A stretch of DNA of 64,000 nt from a virus, in IMG/VR virus record IMGVR_UViG_3300028025_002044, positions 1 through 64,000 of that record, one strand, 5' to 3'. Of the stretch, positions 9,553-18,280 are shown in pieces. How positions within the stretch are numbered: position 1 is the stretch's first letter; the number at the start of each line of letters is the position of its first letter. The position numbers and the translations under genes were made by a program. Under the pieces are notes generated by a model. The model made no database searches. It worked only from the letters and a program-made list of their open reading frames with translations, and was not told where the DNA came from.

Positions 9553-10568
9553 TAGTTTTCCTTTCGAGAAATGTTTAAGGTGGTTTCTAAAATATTTAAT
9601 GCGGTTTGTTTTCCAGGTATGTTGGCTAGATATGACTCCCTTTGAGCCATAGCCAACAAGTCTCTTTTTTGCTGTGACATGCTCTCAATGGCAGACGCTA
9701 GAGAGCTCCAAGGAGGTCCTATACGGCCACTAAACTTCCAATCTGTAGCCACAGGAGTATTCGAGTTTAAAGCTTGAACATATCTATAAGTCCACCAGGT
9801 GCCGTCTTTTTTGTGTGAAGTAACCAAAGCACCGATAGATCTCGTGAACTGGTCCATAACCTGATTGTCGTCCCAGCCTTTATTCCACTTCATAAGAGAA
9901 TTGGGCAGCTCCAAAGTTTTTAGCACAGCAGATGACCATGGGGTGCTGGGAGCATCTACAACCCATTTTGGTCTGCGGTCTACGGCTACAGGGTTTGCTT
10001 GAATTAAGTATGAATCTAAATTAACCGGCACTAAATTCTTTTTAGCGTTAGCTAGAAGTTTGACGTCCTCTTGGACAGACCACGGCAAGGAAGAATAAAT
10101 GGTTGTAGGCCACTCATCATTAAGCAGGTGGTTTATGGCTGAATGAAGTCTGACAGATACGGATGAGTCAGCCAACACAGTAGAGTATTCTTTTCTATTT
10201 GCAAAAAAACTTTTAGTGAGGCTAGCTGGATTAGTAACTACTGACCTAAGACTAGCTTCCATCTGGCTAGAGTTAGGGCTGTCAATTAGTAAAGTCAGCT
10301 TGCTATTGCCCCACAGATGGTCGATGATGCTGAGCGCCCCATAGGTTCTATTTGCGCCAACGCTAGTGATTGGCGTTACCCCAACAATCACAGAGTCAAA
10401 CTGCTCTAGTGATTCCTTGGTCATGTGTACGCTTGGGCTAACCCAAATAACCTCGTGTCCGGCCTCAGACAGCACGGCATTTAATACGCCAACAAATCCT
10501 AGATTTCTGGCGTTAGCATTCTCTGATGCTTGCGGAGCTGTCATTCCGGTCAAAAGAATCTTCGACAT
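9552..10568 (-). CDS. hypothetical protein, possible GT-B fold glycosyltransferase
   Basis: Rossmann-like KILLTG...GHEV start; C-terminal WWTYRYVQAL..TPV resembles the GT-B R-x-x-E-A motif. Function is inferred. Confidence 0.45.
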   Translation of the reverse strand: MSKILLTGMTAPQASENANARNLGFVGVLNAVLSEAGHEVIWVSPSVHMTKESLEQFDSVIVGVTPITSVGANRTYGALSIIDHLWGNSKLTLLIDSPNSSQMEASLRSVVTNPASLTKSFFANRKEYSTVLADSSVSVRLHSAINHLLNDEWPTTIYSSLPWSVQEDVKLLANAKKNLVPVNLDSYLIQANPVAVDRRPKWVVDAPSTPWSSAVLKTLELPNSLMKWNKGWDDNQVMDQFTRSIGALVTSHKKDGTWWTYRYVQALNSNTPVATDWKFSGRIGPPWSSLASAIESMSQQKRDLLAMAQRESYLANIPGKQTALNILETTLNISRKEN

Positions 10569-10592
10569 ATAAATCTTTCTTTACAGTAAGAG

Positions 10593-10620
10593 GGGGCACC
10601 ACCTATGTAGGTGATGCCCC
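10593..10620 (-). terminator. hairpin/terminator downstream of SSB gene
   Basis: GGGGCATCACCT-acat-AGGTGGTGCCCC on the minus strand (one G-U pair); weak U-tail. Confidence 0.6.
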
Positions 10621-10643
10621 GCGGCTTACATACCTACGTGTGT

Positions 10644-11180
10644 TTAGAACGGTGCGTCAGGTGCAGCTGGAGCAACAGCAGGGGCAGGGGCAGGAGCCGG
10701 TGCTGGTGCAGGAGCTGGCGCGGCTGCGGCAGGCGCTGGAGCCGCTGCAGCAGTAGCAGGTGTCTGAATGACGTAGTAACGCTTGATTTCGTTACGCTTG
10801 CTACCGTTCCAAGTGCGAGAACCAATCTGAGCACGGAAGCTCTTGTTGGCAATCATGCTCTCAATCTGAGCGTTGCTCACAGTAGGGTTGTTGATGAAGA
10901 ACTCCTGTGGAACACCAAGGGCAGCCATCTTCGAGAAGAAGATACCCAAAGCGTTTGAGTTCTCAGGTGAGATAACTAGGTTATCCCATACGCGACGCTT
11001 GTTGTGCGCTCCACCCTGAACTTCGGTGGTTAGCTTGAACATCGTCTTACCACTCTGCGAAGTGGTGGTGCTTACCTCAATAACCTTGAGGTCGTAGTCG
11101 CCATCTGGTAGTGGCTCGAAGTTACCAGAAGAAGCAGTTCCTGCTTCTTTTACTAGGTCAGCCCAGTTTAGTGTACTCAT
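10644..11180 (-). CDS. DUF669-like single-stranded DNA-binding protein
   Basis: FEPLPDGDY...SQSGKTM...VWDNL motif, Ala/Pro tail ending DAPF; follows the Sak4-like ATPase. Confidence 0.8.
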   Translation of the reverse strand: MSTLNWADLVKEAGTASSGNFEPLPDGDYDLKVIEVSTTTSQSGKTMFKLTTEVQGGAHNKRRVWDNLVISPENSNALGIFFSKMAALGVPQEFFINNPTVSNAQIESMIANKSFRAQIGSRTWNGSKRNEIKRYYVIQTPATAAAAPAPAAAAPAPAPAPAPAPAPAVAPAAPDAPF

Positions 11181-11213
11181 GTTTATTAGTTCCTTTAACT
11201 ATAATTGAGTGGA

Positions 11214-11972
11214 TTATTTCTTTTTTGTTGCATCGGTTTTTGGACCGAAGATCATGTCGAGCATACGCTCGACTCCAAGGTCGCCCTGCTCGACAATCTT
11301 ACCGAGACGACCTTGTACGCGTTCACCAGCTTCATACTGATCCGTGCGCTCCACATACATGCGACGTGCCTTGTATGGAAGTTGCGTAGGGTCAGGATTT
11401 GGAATGGTTTCGTTAGAGATGTAACCAAGCACATCGTAGAAATATGGAGCCTGAATTGCTAGCTGTCCCTGTAGGTAAGGATGCATAATTCCATCCTGCC
11501 CACGACGAGCCATTGCAGTCAAGACTACAGCTTCTAGAGGCTGAGTCGGGTGCATTGTTAGGTCACGAAGGTCACGGAGTAGCGCACCCATGTGGCGAAG
11601 TAGCTCGCCCCATTGTTGCATCTTCATCTGTTCGGTTCCTGCAATGTTGTCCATGCACTTAACCTGCAACTCAGAAATCGAGTCGATGATTAAGCTCTTG
11701 AACTGGTGCTTGCCAGCTTGTAGCCACTGGAAAGCCTTCATAACAACGTCGTAGTCGTTTACCTTGACTACAACAGTGTCCCATGTGCCGTCAGCCACTG
11801 GTGGCTCCTCGCGCATAGGGTCCCAATACTTTACGTTGATTGGTAGGAAGCGGTGGCCTCCCTCAACGTCGAGCATTAGGCGTGGGTATGGTGCTGTAAC
11901 AGCGAAGGTTGACTTACCAACCTTTGATTCGCCGTAGACCATTAATGTCAGGGAGCGTTCTACCTCAGACAT
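11214..11972 (-). CDS. AAA_24 / Sak4-like ATPase (RecA-fold annealase)
   Basis: YGESKVGKST, LDVEGG, IIDSISE. Confidence 0.85.
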   Translation of the reverse strand: MSEVERSLTLMVYGESKVGKSTFAVTAPYPRLMLDVEGGHRFLPINVKYWDPMREEPPVADGTWDTVVVKVNDYDVVMKAFQWLQAGKHQFKSLIIDSISELQVKCMDNIAGTEQMKMQQWGELLRHMGALLRDLRDLTMHPTQPLEAVVLTAMARRGQDGIMHPYLQGQLAIQAPYFYDVLGYISNETIPNPDPTQLPYKARRMYVERTDQYEAGERVQGRLGKIVEQGDLGVERMLDMIFGPKTDATKKK

Positions 11973-12949
11973 TACTCACTTCCTTTCTTCTCTTCATCTT
12001 TACCGTAGTATCCGTACGGGTCAGCGACCACATACATCTGTTCAATGGCTGCCTCAGCTGCACTGCCGTCATCAATAAGAGGACAAACATTGTAGAACTG
12101 ACACTTCCATTTGCAGTCTTTTGTTGGACGTGGGTACGCCACGTAGTTAGGGTCTGCACCCTGGTCGAGAGCTTTTTTAACTCCCATCAGGTCTGCAATC
12201 GTACCATGAATGCGCTGCCAAAACGAGCGCATTGTGAAAACATTGTGACGAACTTCAATCTGCTCGTAAAATGGAGGTTTTGCATTGGCGGTTCGCTTTA
12301 CCTTTTTGAGCATGGTGAAGATTCCACCCTCCGACCGCTCCCCAGGTACTAGATTCTGAGCGTGCTCAAGCATCATGTACGTAAGGATTTGCTCATTCAT
12401 TTGCGCTTGGTTAGCAAAGTCGGAAAACGAACCACCAACGGTCTTAAAGTCGCGGAACATACGTACGCCGTCAGTCTTGCGACGAACGCGCATGTCAAGC
12501 TTTCCCTGAAGAATTACTTCGCCATTGAATAGTGGCATAGTAATAATTTCTTCGTTCGAAATCTTCTCTAGGTTAGAGTCGATACCTTCTTCGTCCATCC
12601 ACTGTAGGTAGCCCTCCAGCATGATACGGCCAAGCTCGGCTTCCGCTTCCAAATCAAATGTGTCTCGGTAGTCAGCAATTAGCTTGTCCATGTCACTCTT
12701 GACTAAAGCGGCGTGCGCCTCAAGAAGCCCAATCTCACCGTCAGACGAGTAGTACTGGTCTAGTGCTTCGTGGATGCGTGAACCGAGTGCCAAAGCTCCG
12801 GTGTAGTCCTTTTGCTTAGGCTGTAGACGTCGGTAGTAGTTCAACCACCACTTACGTCGGCAATCCTTAAATACCTGAATCTCAGAGTTAGAAAGGATGT
12901 ATGGAACTAGTGTTTCTACTGCTTCAACAGTTTCGTTTTTGTCGCTCAT
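11972..12949 (-). CDS. Cas4/AddB-like PD-(D/E)XK exonuclease
   Basis: FKDCRRKW, GSRIHEAL, GKLD, DFKT, Q..Y, and C-terminal CKWKCQFYNVC (Fe-S cysteines). Confidence 0.85.
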   Translation of the reverse strand: MSDKNETVEAVETLVPYILSNSEIQVFKDCRRKWWLNYYRRLQPKQKDYTGALALGSRIHEALDQYYSSDGEIGLLEAHAALVKSDMDKLIADYRDTFDLEAEAELGRIMLEGYLQWMDEEGIDSNLEKISNEEIITMPLFNGEVILQGKLDMRVRRKTDGVRMFRDFKTVGGSFSDFANQAQMNEQILTYMMLEHAQNLVPGERSEGGIFTMLKKVKRTANAKPPFYEQIEVRHNVFTMRSFWQRIHGTIADLMGVKKALDQGADPNYVAYPRPTKDCKWKCQFYNVCPLIDDGSAAEAAIEQMYVVADPYGYYGKDEEKKGSE

Positions 12950-12951
12950 GG

Positions 12952-14760
12952 CTACAGCTTACCTGCCTTGTCGTCTTTTAGCAAGGCCAATAATTTATCT
13001 TTGTCCTTAACAATCTGCTCAAAGTTTTCGCCTTTGCCCTCAAGAACTTGGATAACTCGCTCTTCAATAGTTCCCTCAGTCACGTAGTCCATAACAATCA
13101 CGGAGTCGTGAATCTCAGAACCAATACGGTGGATACGGTCAAGTGCCTGCTTGTGGTCAACAAGTGACCACGGGCGCTGAAGCATAATCAATCGACGAGC
13201 CGCGGTAAGGGTAATACCCACACCACCAGCCTGCGCAGTAAACAGAATCCATTTAATCTTTCCAGACTGGAAATCGTCAACAGCTTTCTGTCGCTCTTCT
13301 TCCGACTGAGCTCCGGTGATTAGACCGTGCTCAATTCCTTCTTTAGTAAGCGAGGCACTTAGCAGGTTGATTAGCTGACGAGATACGGCACACACAGCGA
13401 CTGAATCGTCGCCAAAGTCACCGCTCTTGATATCATCCATAACAGCGTCAACCTTACAAGATGGCTCTGACAAAATAGGACGGATTTCTCCAGTAGCTTC
13501 GTCAGTCACCATCTCAGCAAATGCGCTAGCAAACTGAGTCAAGCGAGTAGTCTGAGTCAGCACGCTAGATGCAATGACAGCCTCTCCACTTTCAAGCTCT
13601 GCAATCATGTTGTCGCGCATGTCCTTGTACGCCTTAGCCTGCTTTGTAGACATTTCGATATCACGACGCTCGAATACCATGTCAGGTAGCCAAGGAAGCA
13701 CGCGAGCCTTTAGCATACGGCGCATACGTGGATTGATTGATGCGTGGAACTCTGCCTCCATGTGAGGCTTCACACCTAGAACCATCATGCCACCGAATGC
13801 ATTAAGCATCGTGTCGACCATGCGGTCAATCCAGCGAGTTTTGCTAGGCCACTCTTCTGGCGATAGCCAGTGAAGAATAGGCCACATGTCCAAAACATCT
13901 CTTGCAATAGGAGTACCAGTGAGTGCAAATCTGTAGTCGGCATCTCCGGTAGCTGCCCACATAGCCCGGGTCTGCTTTGATTTAGGGTCCTTAGAGCGGT
14001 GAATCTCGTCGGCAATTACAGCCTTAAAGTCGATACGGTTTAGCTCACGCTCGTGGACCTCACAACGGTTTTCCGTTACTCGGTCGTCCATACCCTTACA
14101 TGAGATGCATCGGGCTAGGGCGACTGAACCGTAAGGAGCTAGTCGAGAGTGAGAGCGTAGTGACTCCCAGTTAATTACGTATACGTCAGCTTCTTCATCG
14201 AACTGCTTACGGCGCTGAGTGGCAGTTCCGGTAATCACCTGAACCTTTACTCCAGGCCACCACTTGCCAAACTCACGCTTCCAGTTTTTCTTCAGCGTGT
14301 TGGGGCAAATAACTAGAGCAGGAAATGGCTCTCCGCCGTCATCCTGAATCTTCTTAAGGGCTCGGATAGCCTGAGCGGTCTTGCCCAAGCCAGGCTCGTC
14401 TGCCAAAAGGGCACGCTTTGCGGTAGATAGAAACTTTACGCCAGCACGCTGGTGAGGGAACAAATCTTCGTCCCCTTCGCCCTCTGGAAGCTCCTCTAAG
14501 TCCCTAAGAGCATTAGACGGGTCCACGCGCAGGGTACGCTCGTTAGCGGCCCAGGAGGCCAGCAGAGGGCCAATTACGAGGTCATTCTTAAAGGTAGACC
14601 TTAGGGCTAGACAGGTGCCCCAAGACACCGGAACTTTCCATAGCTGGGCCTTGCTGTCATAGGTAGATCCGGGCAAACTCTTGCATAGCTCTTTAAAGCG
14701 CCAATCAGCGGTTATAAAGATGTGTGTGCTCTGCTCATCAAGCTCAACACTTACAGGCAT
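12952..14760 (-). CDS. SNF2-like SF2 DNA helicase
   Basis: DEPGLGKT, DEIH, LTGTP, GGVGITL, QALDRIHRIG. Confidence 0.92.
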   Translation of the reverse strand: MPVSVELDEQSTHIFITADWRFKELCKSLPGSTYDSKAQLWKVPVSWGTCLALRSTFKNDLVIGPLLASWAANERTLRVDPSNALRDLEELPEGEGDEDLFPHQRAGVKFLSTAKRALLADEPGLGKTAQAIRALKKIQDDGGEPFPALVICPNTLKKNWKREFGKWWPGVKVQVITGTATQRRKQFDEEADVYVINWESLRSHSRLAPYGSVALARCISCKGMDDRVTENRCEVHERELNRIDFKAVIADEIHRSKDPKSKQTRAMWAATGDADYRFALTGTPIARDVLDMWPILHWLSPEEWPSKTRWIDRMVDTMLNAFGGMMVLGVKPHMEAEFHASINPRMRRMLKARVLPWLPDMVFERRDIEMSTKQAKAYKDMRDNMIAELESGEAVIASSVLTQTTRLTQFASAFAEMVTDEATGEIRPILSEPSCKVDAVMDDIKSGDFGDDSVAVCAVSRQLINLLSASLTKEGIEHGLITGAQSEEERQKAVDDFQSGKIKWILFTAQAGGVGITLTAARRLIMLQRPWSLVDHKQALDRIHRIGSEIHDSVIVMDYVTEGTIEERVIQVLEGKGENFEQIVKDKDKLLALLKDDKAGKL

Positions 14761-14837
14761 TACGCCTTCCTTTCGTCATTAGATATAGATACTATCATAC
14801 TTTTTAGATTTTTATTTAAATTTTTGGATAGTATCTT

Positions 14838-15305
14838 TTAGCTTAGAAGCTTTTTTGGTACCCATCCAAGCCTGACTAACTTTAGCAGACCATGTCGTAT
14901 TGCGTCAAGTGCGTGTCCTTCACCGCTCTTATGCCAATATCCTAGCTTCTTAAGCTTGGCGTTGTCAAACATTGCTTTTGCGTCTGCCGGAGACTGGAAA
15001 TAGATATCATCCGGGCTCATGCCAATGTCCATCATAATCTGCTTAAGAATGCCAATCTGCTCTAGCGAGTATGGGGCCTGAGTGTTGCGCACGGTTTGGG
15101 CATTGATAGTGAATCGCTCGCAAGCAATTAGAATCTCAGAGCCACCCATAATAGCTGAAGCAATAGCCTCTCTAATCGGAGTTGCATACTGATGCTGTAG
15201 ATATTCTCCAGACGCTACCAACTCGGGTTCAGAGCCAGGCTCGTATGAGAATACGGCAAGGCCACTAGCCTTACCAGGGTCAACTGCAATAATTACTTTA
15301 GTCAT
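14838..15305 (-). CDS. RuvC-like Holliday junction resolvase
   Basis: IAVDPGKASG, ACERF, HALDAIRH; start at MTKV (15305) overlaps the polA stop. Confidence 0.75.
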   Translation of the reverse strand: MTKVIIAVDPGKASGLAVFSYEPGSEPELVASGEYLQHQYATPIREAIASAIMGGSEILIACERFTINAQTVRNTQAPYSLEQIGILKQIMMDIGMSPDDIYFQSPADAKAMFDNAKLKKLGYWHKSGEGHALDAIRHGLLKLVRLGWVPKKLLS

Positions 15306-17130
15306 TGTACTTTTCTCCCCAGCGTGCAAATGGACCGTCTACACCGGCAGTTAGGGGAACTTGCCAGTCATCACGGGTGGTCATACATTCTTGTACAATA
15401 TTTTTTATTTCATCAATATTATTCTTAGGTGCGTTTAGAACAATTTCGTCATGTACAGGAACAATCAATAGCTCGGTAAGGTCCGCCTTGTCAAGCTTTA
15501 CTAAGTTAGCCTTAAATACTTCTGCAGCACTTGCCTGAACCAAATAGTTAGTCAATGAGTAGACACGGTTATCGTCACACGGTAGGCGACGTCCAGTACG
15601 AGTCATGACATAGCCTATACCCTCGCTACGCAATCTACGCGTACCAGTGTCTTCAATCATTTGTTGCATCTTTTTAACACCAGGGTAGCTCCTATCAAAA
15701 GCGTCAACAACAGTCTTCATCTGAGCATCAGATACTCCCGCTGTCAGTGCCATCTTAGATACTCCAGCTCCGTAAAGCTTTCCGTAGACTACACCCTTAA
15801 TGAGCTTACGTCTACTGTCTGACTTTTCAGCCGTAGGGTCTTGATAGACCTCTTTCATAATTTCAGTAAACACGTCGCCACCCGTACGGTCAGACTCATT
15901 AAATAGATTCATGAGGTCCTGGTCCTGGCTAAAGTTAGCGGTAAGACGGAACTCAACCTGGTCGAGGTCGCTAGAAATAATGACGTGGTCTTCGTCCTTA
16001 GGGATAAACGCATTACGCACCGTAGCGTCGCCTGACGGCAGAGTCTGAAGCGCAGGGTCTGTGATAGACATACGACCCGTGCGGGCACCAAGAGTTCGGA
16101 CAGACGGATGCATGATGCCATCAATGTTTCCGTCTAAAAAGTTCTTGAAGTACGTGTTGGCTAGCTTGTCAGCCTTACGCTGGTTTAGTACCGCCTTAGC
16201 AAGGTTTTGAACTTCAGGAGACCCGTCACGGGCTAGAACCTTAAGCTGGTCTTTAGACGCAGACTTCTGGCCCGATGGAGTGACTTCTGTAATGTCTGCG
16301 CCCATGCCCTCAAACTGACGCACCAACTGAATGTTGCTAGTGATAGACATTCCGTAGGTATCTTTACCCCACTGCTTAACGCTCTCGCCATACTGATTCA
16401 GTTCGTCAAACTTACGCTGAGAGTACTCAAGGTCTACGCGAGCACCATTGATTTCCATGCGAGTAACAATTTTACGAGCGGCCATCTCTAACTCGTAAGC
16501 GATACAGTATGGCCCCGAAGGTCCACACTTCTCCCAAAACTGCTCCCACAAACGCATCGTAAGAACCGTGTCCAGCGCACCATAAGACCAGTAGGGCTGG
16601 AATGTAACCGGGACTGTGCCCCAAGTCCAGCCATTCTCTTTCATGGACTGGTCCAGGTGTGTCTGCAATGCAGCGGCCATAGGGTCCACATACTGAGACG
16701 TCAAAGTTTTTAGTGCACCAGAACCAAGCGGGTCAATAATCTGAGCCATAATCATGGTGTCGTGAGCACGGTGCCACGGCATACTCCAGCGAGACTGAAC
16801 GTCGAACCATCGGGCTTCAAAGGCAATGTTGTGGCAAACAATAGGACCATCAAACTTATCCATTGCTTCATAGAAGACACCACCCCACTCGTCCCAGGGG
16901 ATTGCCCAGCCAGTCATACCGTCGCCAACCTGGACTAAACGAATTCGGCCGTGCCAAGGAGACAGAGCATCCTTGTGCGGACGCCCGTCAAGTTCTCCAG
17001 TTTCGATATCTATGGCAATTGCATTGTGCGGACGTCGCGCCCCAAGCCAGTTTATAAACTCCTGAGCCTTTTCAGCTGAATCTACAAGATGTAGTTGTAC
17101 ATCAGATAGTCCACCGCTCATATTCATCAT
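15298..17130 (-). CDS. polA: DNA polymerase I (family A; 3'-5' exonuclease plus polymerase, no 5'-3' exonuclease)
   Basis: DIET, HNIAF, YGALD; TGRMS; DLDQVEFR (motif A); RKLIKGVVYGKLYG (motif B); VHDE (motif C). Confidence 0.95.
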   Translation of the reverse strand: MMNMSGGLSDVQLHLVDSAEKAQEFINWLGARRPHNAIAIDIETGELDGRPHKDALSPWHGRIRLVQVGDGMTGWAIPWDEWGGVFYEAMDKFDGPIVCHNIAFEARWFDVQSRWSMPWHRAHDTMIMAQIIDPLGSGALKTLTSQYVDPMAAALQTHLDQSMKENGWTWGTVPVTFQPYWSYGALDTVLTMRLWEQFWEKCGPSGPYCIAYELEMAARKIVTRMEINGARVDLEYSQRKFDELNQYGESVKQWGKDTYGMSITSNIQLVRQFEGMGADITEVTPSGQKSASKDQLKVLARDGSPEVQNLAKAVLNQRKADKLANTYFKNFLDGNIDGIMHPSVRTLGARTGRMSITDPALQTLPSGDATVRNAFIPKDEDHVIISSDLDQVEFRLTANFSQDQDLMNLFNESDRTGGDVFTEIMKEVYQDPTAEKSDSRRKLIKGVVYGKLYGAGVSKMALTAGVSDAQMKTVVDAFDRSYPGVKKMQQMIEDTGTRRLRSEGIGYVMTRTGRRLPCDDNRVYSLTNYLVQASAAEVFKANLVKLDKADLTELLIVPVHDEIVLNAPKNNIDEIKNIVQECMTTRDDWQVPLTAGVDGPFARWGEKYND

Positions 17131-17159
17131 CCTTAATCGTCATTTACGTCAGGGTACCT

Positions 17160-17188
17160 ATGGTAGTACTAATTTCTGATTAGCGCAA
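17160..17188 (-). promoter_or_regulatory. sigma70/SigA-like promoter for polA
   Basis: TTGCGC-17 nt-TACCAT on the minus strand; same -35 as the primase promoter. Confidence 0.55.
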
Positions 17189-17202
17189 CTACTTAGCCTA
17201 AA

Positions 17203-17457
17203 TTAAAAAAGTTCTCCGTCAACGTCGCCCTCGTCTAGGTCATCATCGTCGAACGTAGCACCATATTTATAGGTCGGACCAACGTACACAGTATTCACAA
17301 GAAGCTGAGAGACCATAAACAACGCTTGGTTCTCTGTGAAGCCAGAGTCTATTAGCTCGTTGTATATCTCATTAATCTGTATGGCAGTCTCTTTTAGAGA
17401 GGACAGGCCCTCGACAACCGGAGTTGGTGGTGGCGGTGTTGCTTCCGGTTCTTCCAT
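17203..17457 (-). CDS. hypothetical protein (acidic C-terminus)
   Basis: ORF with AAAGG RBS; ExYxxLxxxGFTExQAL pattern. Confidence 0.7.
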   Translation of the reverse strand: MEEPEATPPPPTPVVEGLSSLKETAIQINEIYNELIDSGFTENQALFMVSQLLVNTVYVGPTYKYGATFDDDDLDEGDVDGELF

Positions 17458-17466
17458 GATACCTTT

Positions 17467-17937
17467 CTACGGTATTACTTCAAATTTGAATACCTGATCT
17501 ATTTTAACGTCATTAGCGGCAGATGTCTCTAGCAGCCTTTGAGCAACGTTCGTAAGATACCTAGCACCGCTACTGTCGTATTTATAGAGAGCATCTAGGA
17601 CAGCGTTAGGTTCTTCACTAACCTGCGCCCAGTAGCGATGCTTCTCTGGAAATACTAATTCGGTGCTCTCATCTGGAGAACATTCCTCACATGTTAGAGC
17701 ATCTTTGGCCAGTTGTCCATAGGGAACTTCTTGTAATCCATATCTTTTTACCAGTGGACAAGCTGCGCCATGATAGACCAATGATACGCCAACACGCGAC
17801 AAAATGTAAGAGCCACTGTCGGTACGGTAAAGTTCAAACTCAATCCAACGCGTAGAACCTTTACGCCAAGACGTAGATTTACCTAACAGCGAGCCGTTAA
17901 ATTGTAGGGTTCTTGACCCGTCCTTGACTTCGTACAT
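17467..17937 (-). CDS. hypothetical protein
   Basis: Coupled ORF; H-x3-C...CxxC possible metal site. Confidence 0.75.
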   Translation of the reverse strand: MYEVKDGSRTLQFNGSLLGKSTSWRKGSTRWIEFELYRTDSGSYILSRVGVSLVYHGAACPLVKRYGLQEVPYGQLAKDALTCEECSPDESTELVFPEKHRYWAQVSEEPNAVLDALYKYDSSGARYLTNVAQRLLETSAANDVKIDQVFKFEVIP

Positions 17938-18101
17938 TATTCTTTTTCTGCTTTCAAGTTGTCTAACTCTCTAGACAGAGCAGCATTTTTTCTTTTTTCG
18001 AGGCTAAGCATTGCTTCAAGCTCGGCGCACAGGCTCATGGATCTAGAGAGTTGCTCTCTAGTTACAGCTAAAATCGTGTTTAGTAGTTCATTGTCTTTCA
18101 T
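17937..18101 (-). CDS. small coiled-coil protein (54 aa, MKDNELLNTILAVTREQLSRS...)
   Basis: Hand-translated; AAGGA RBS; TAATG overlap with the 17467..17937 gene. Confidence 0.65.
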   Translation of the reverse strand: MKDNELLNTILAVTREQLSRSMSLCAELEAMLSLEKRKNAALSRELDNLKAEKE

Positions 18102-18145
18102 TCGTCATCCTTCTTTATATCTATTGTACTAAGTATTTTTAGGTG

Positions 18146-18280
18146 CTATTTGGACAGGACGTAGGCTTTTGCCGCTGCTTTAGAAGGGAATTGACCTTCT
18201 ACTTTATTAGTAATTCGATTGATAACTATGTAGATAGTCATGCTTTCTTCGCTACTAAATTGCTGTAATATCTTGTACAT
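18146..18280 (-). CDS. small hypothetical protein (44 aa, MYKILQQFSSEESMTIYIV...)
   Basis: Hand-translated; TAATG overlap with the upstream tail gene. Confidence 0.5.
   Translation of the reverse strand: MYKILQQFSSEESMTIYIVINRITNKVEGQFPSKAAAKAYVLSK

Noticed and set aside
10650-10760. GC-rich repetitive tract resembling a repeat array
   Set aside because: It encodes the Ala/Pro tail of the SSB.
11972-12949. Cas4-like nuclease as evidence of CRISPR-Cas
   Set aside because: No array or other cas genes; the context is a nuclease-Sak4-SSB recombination module.
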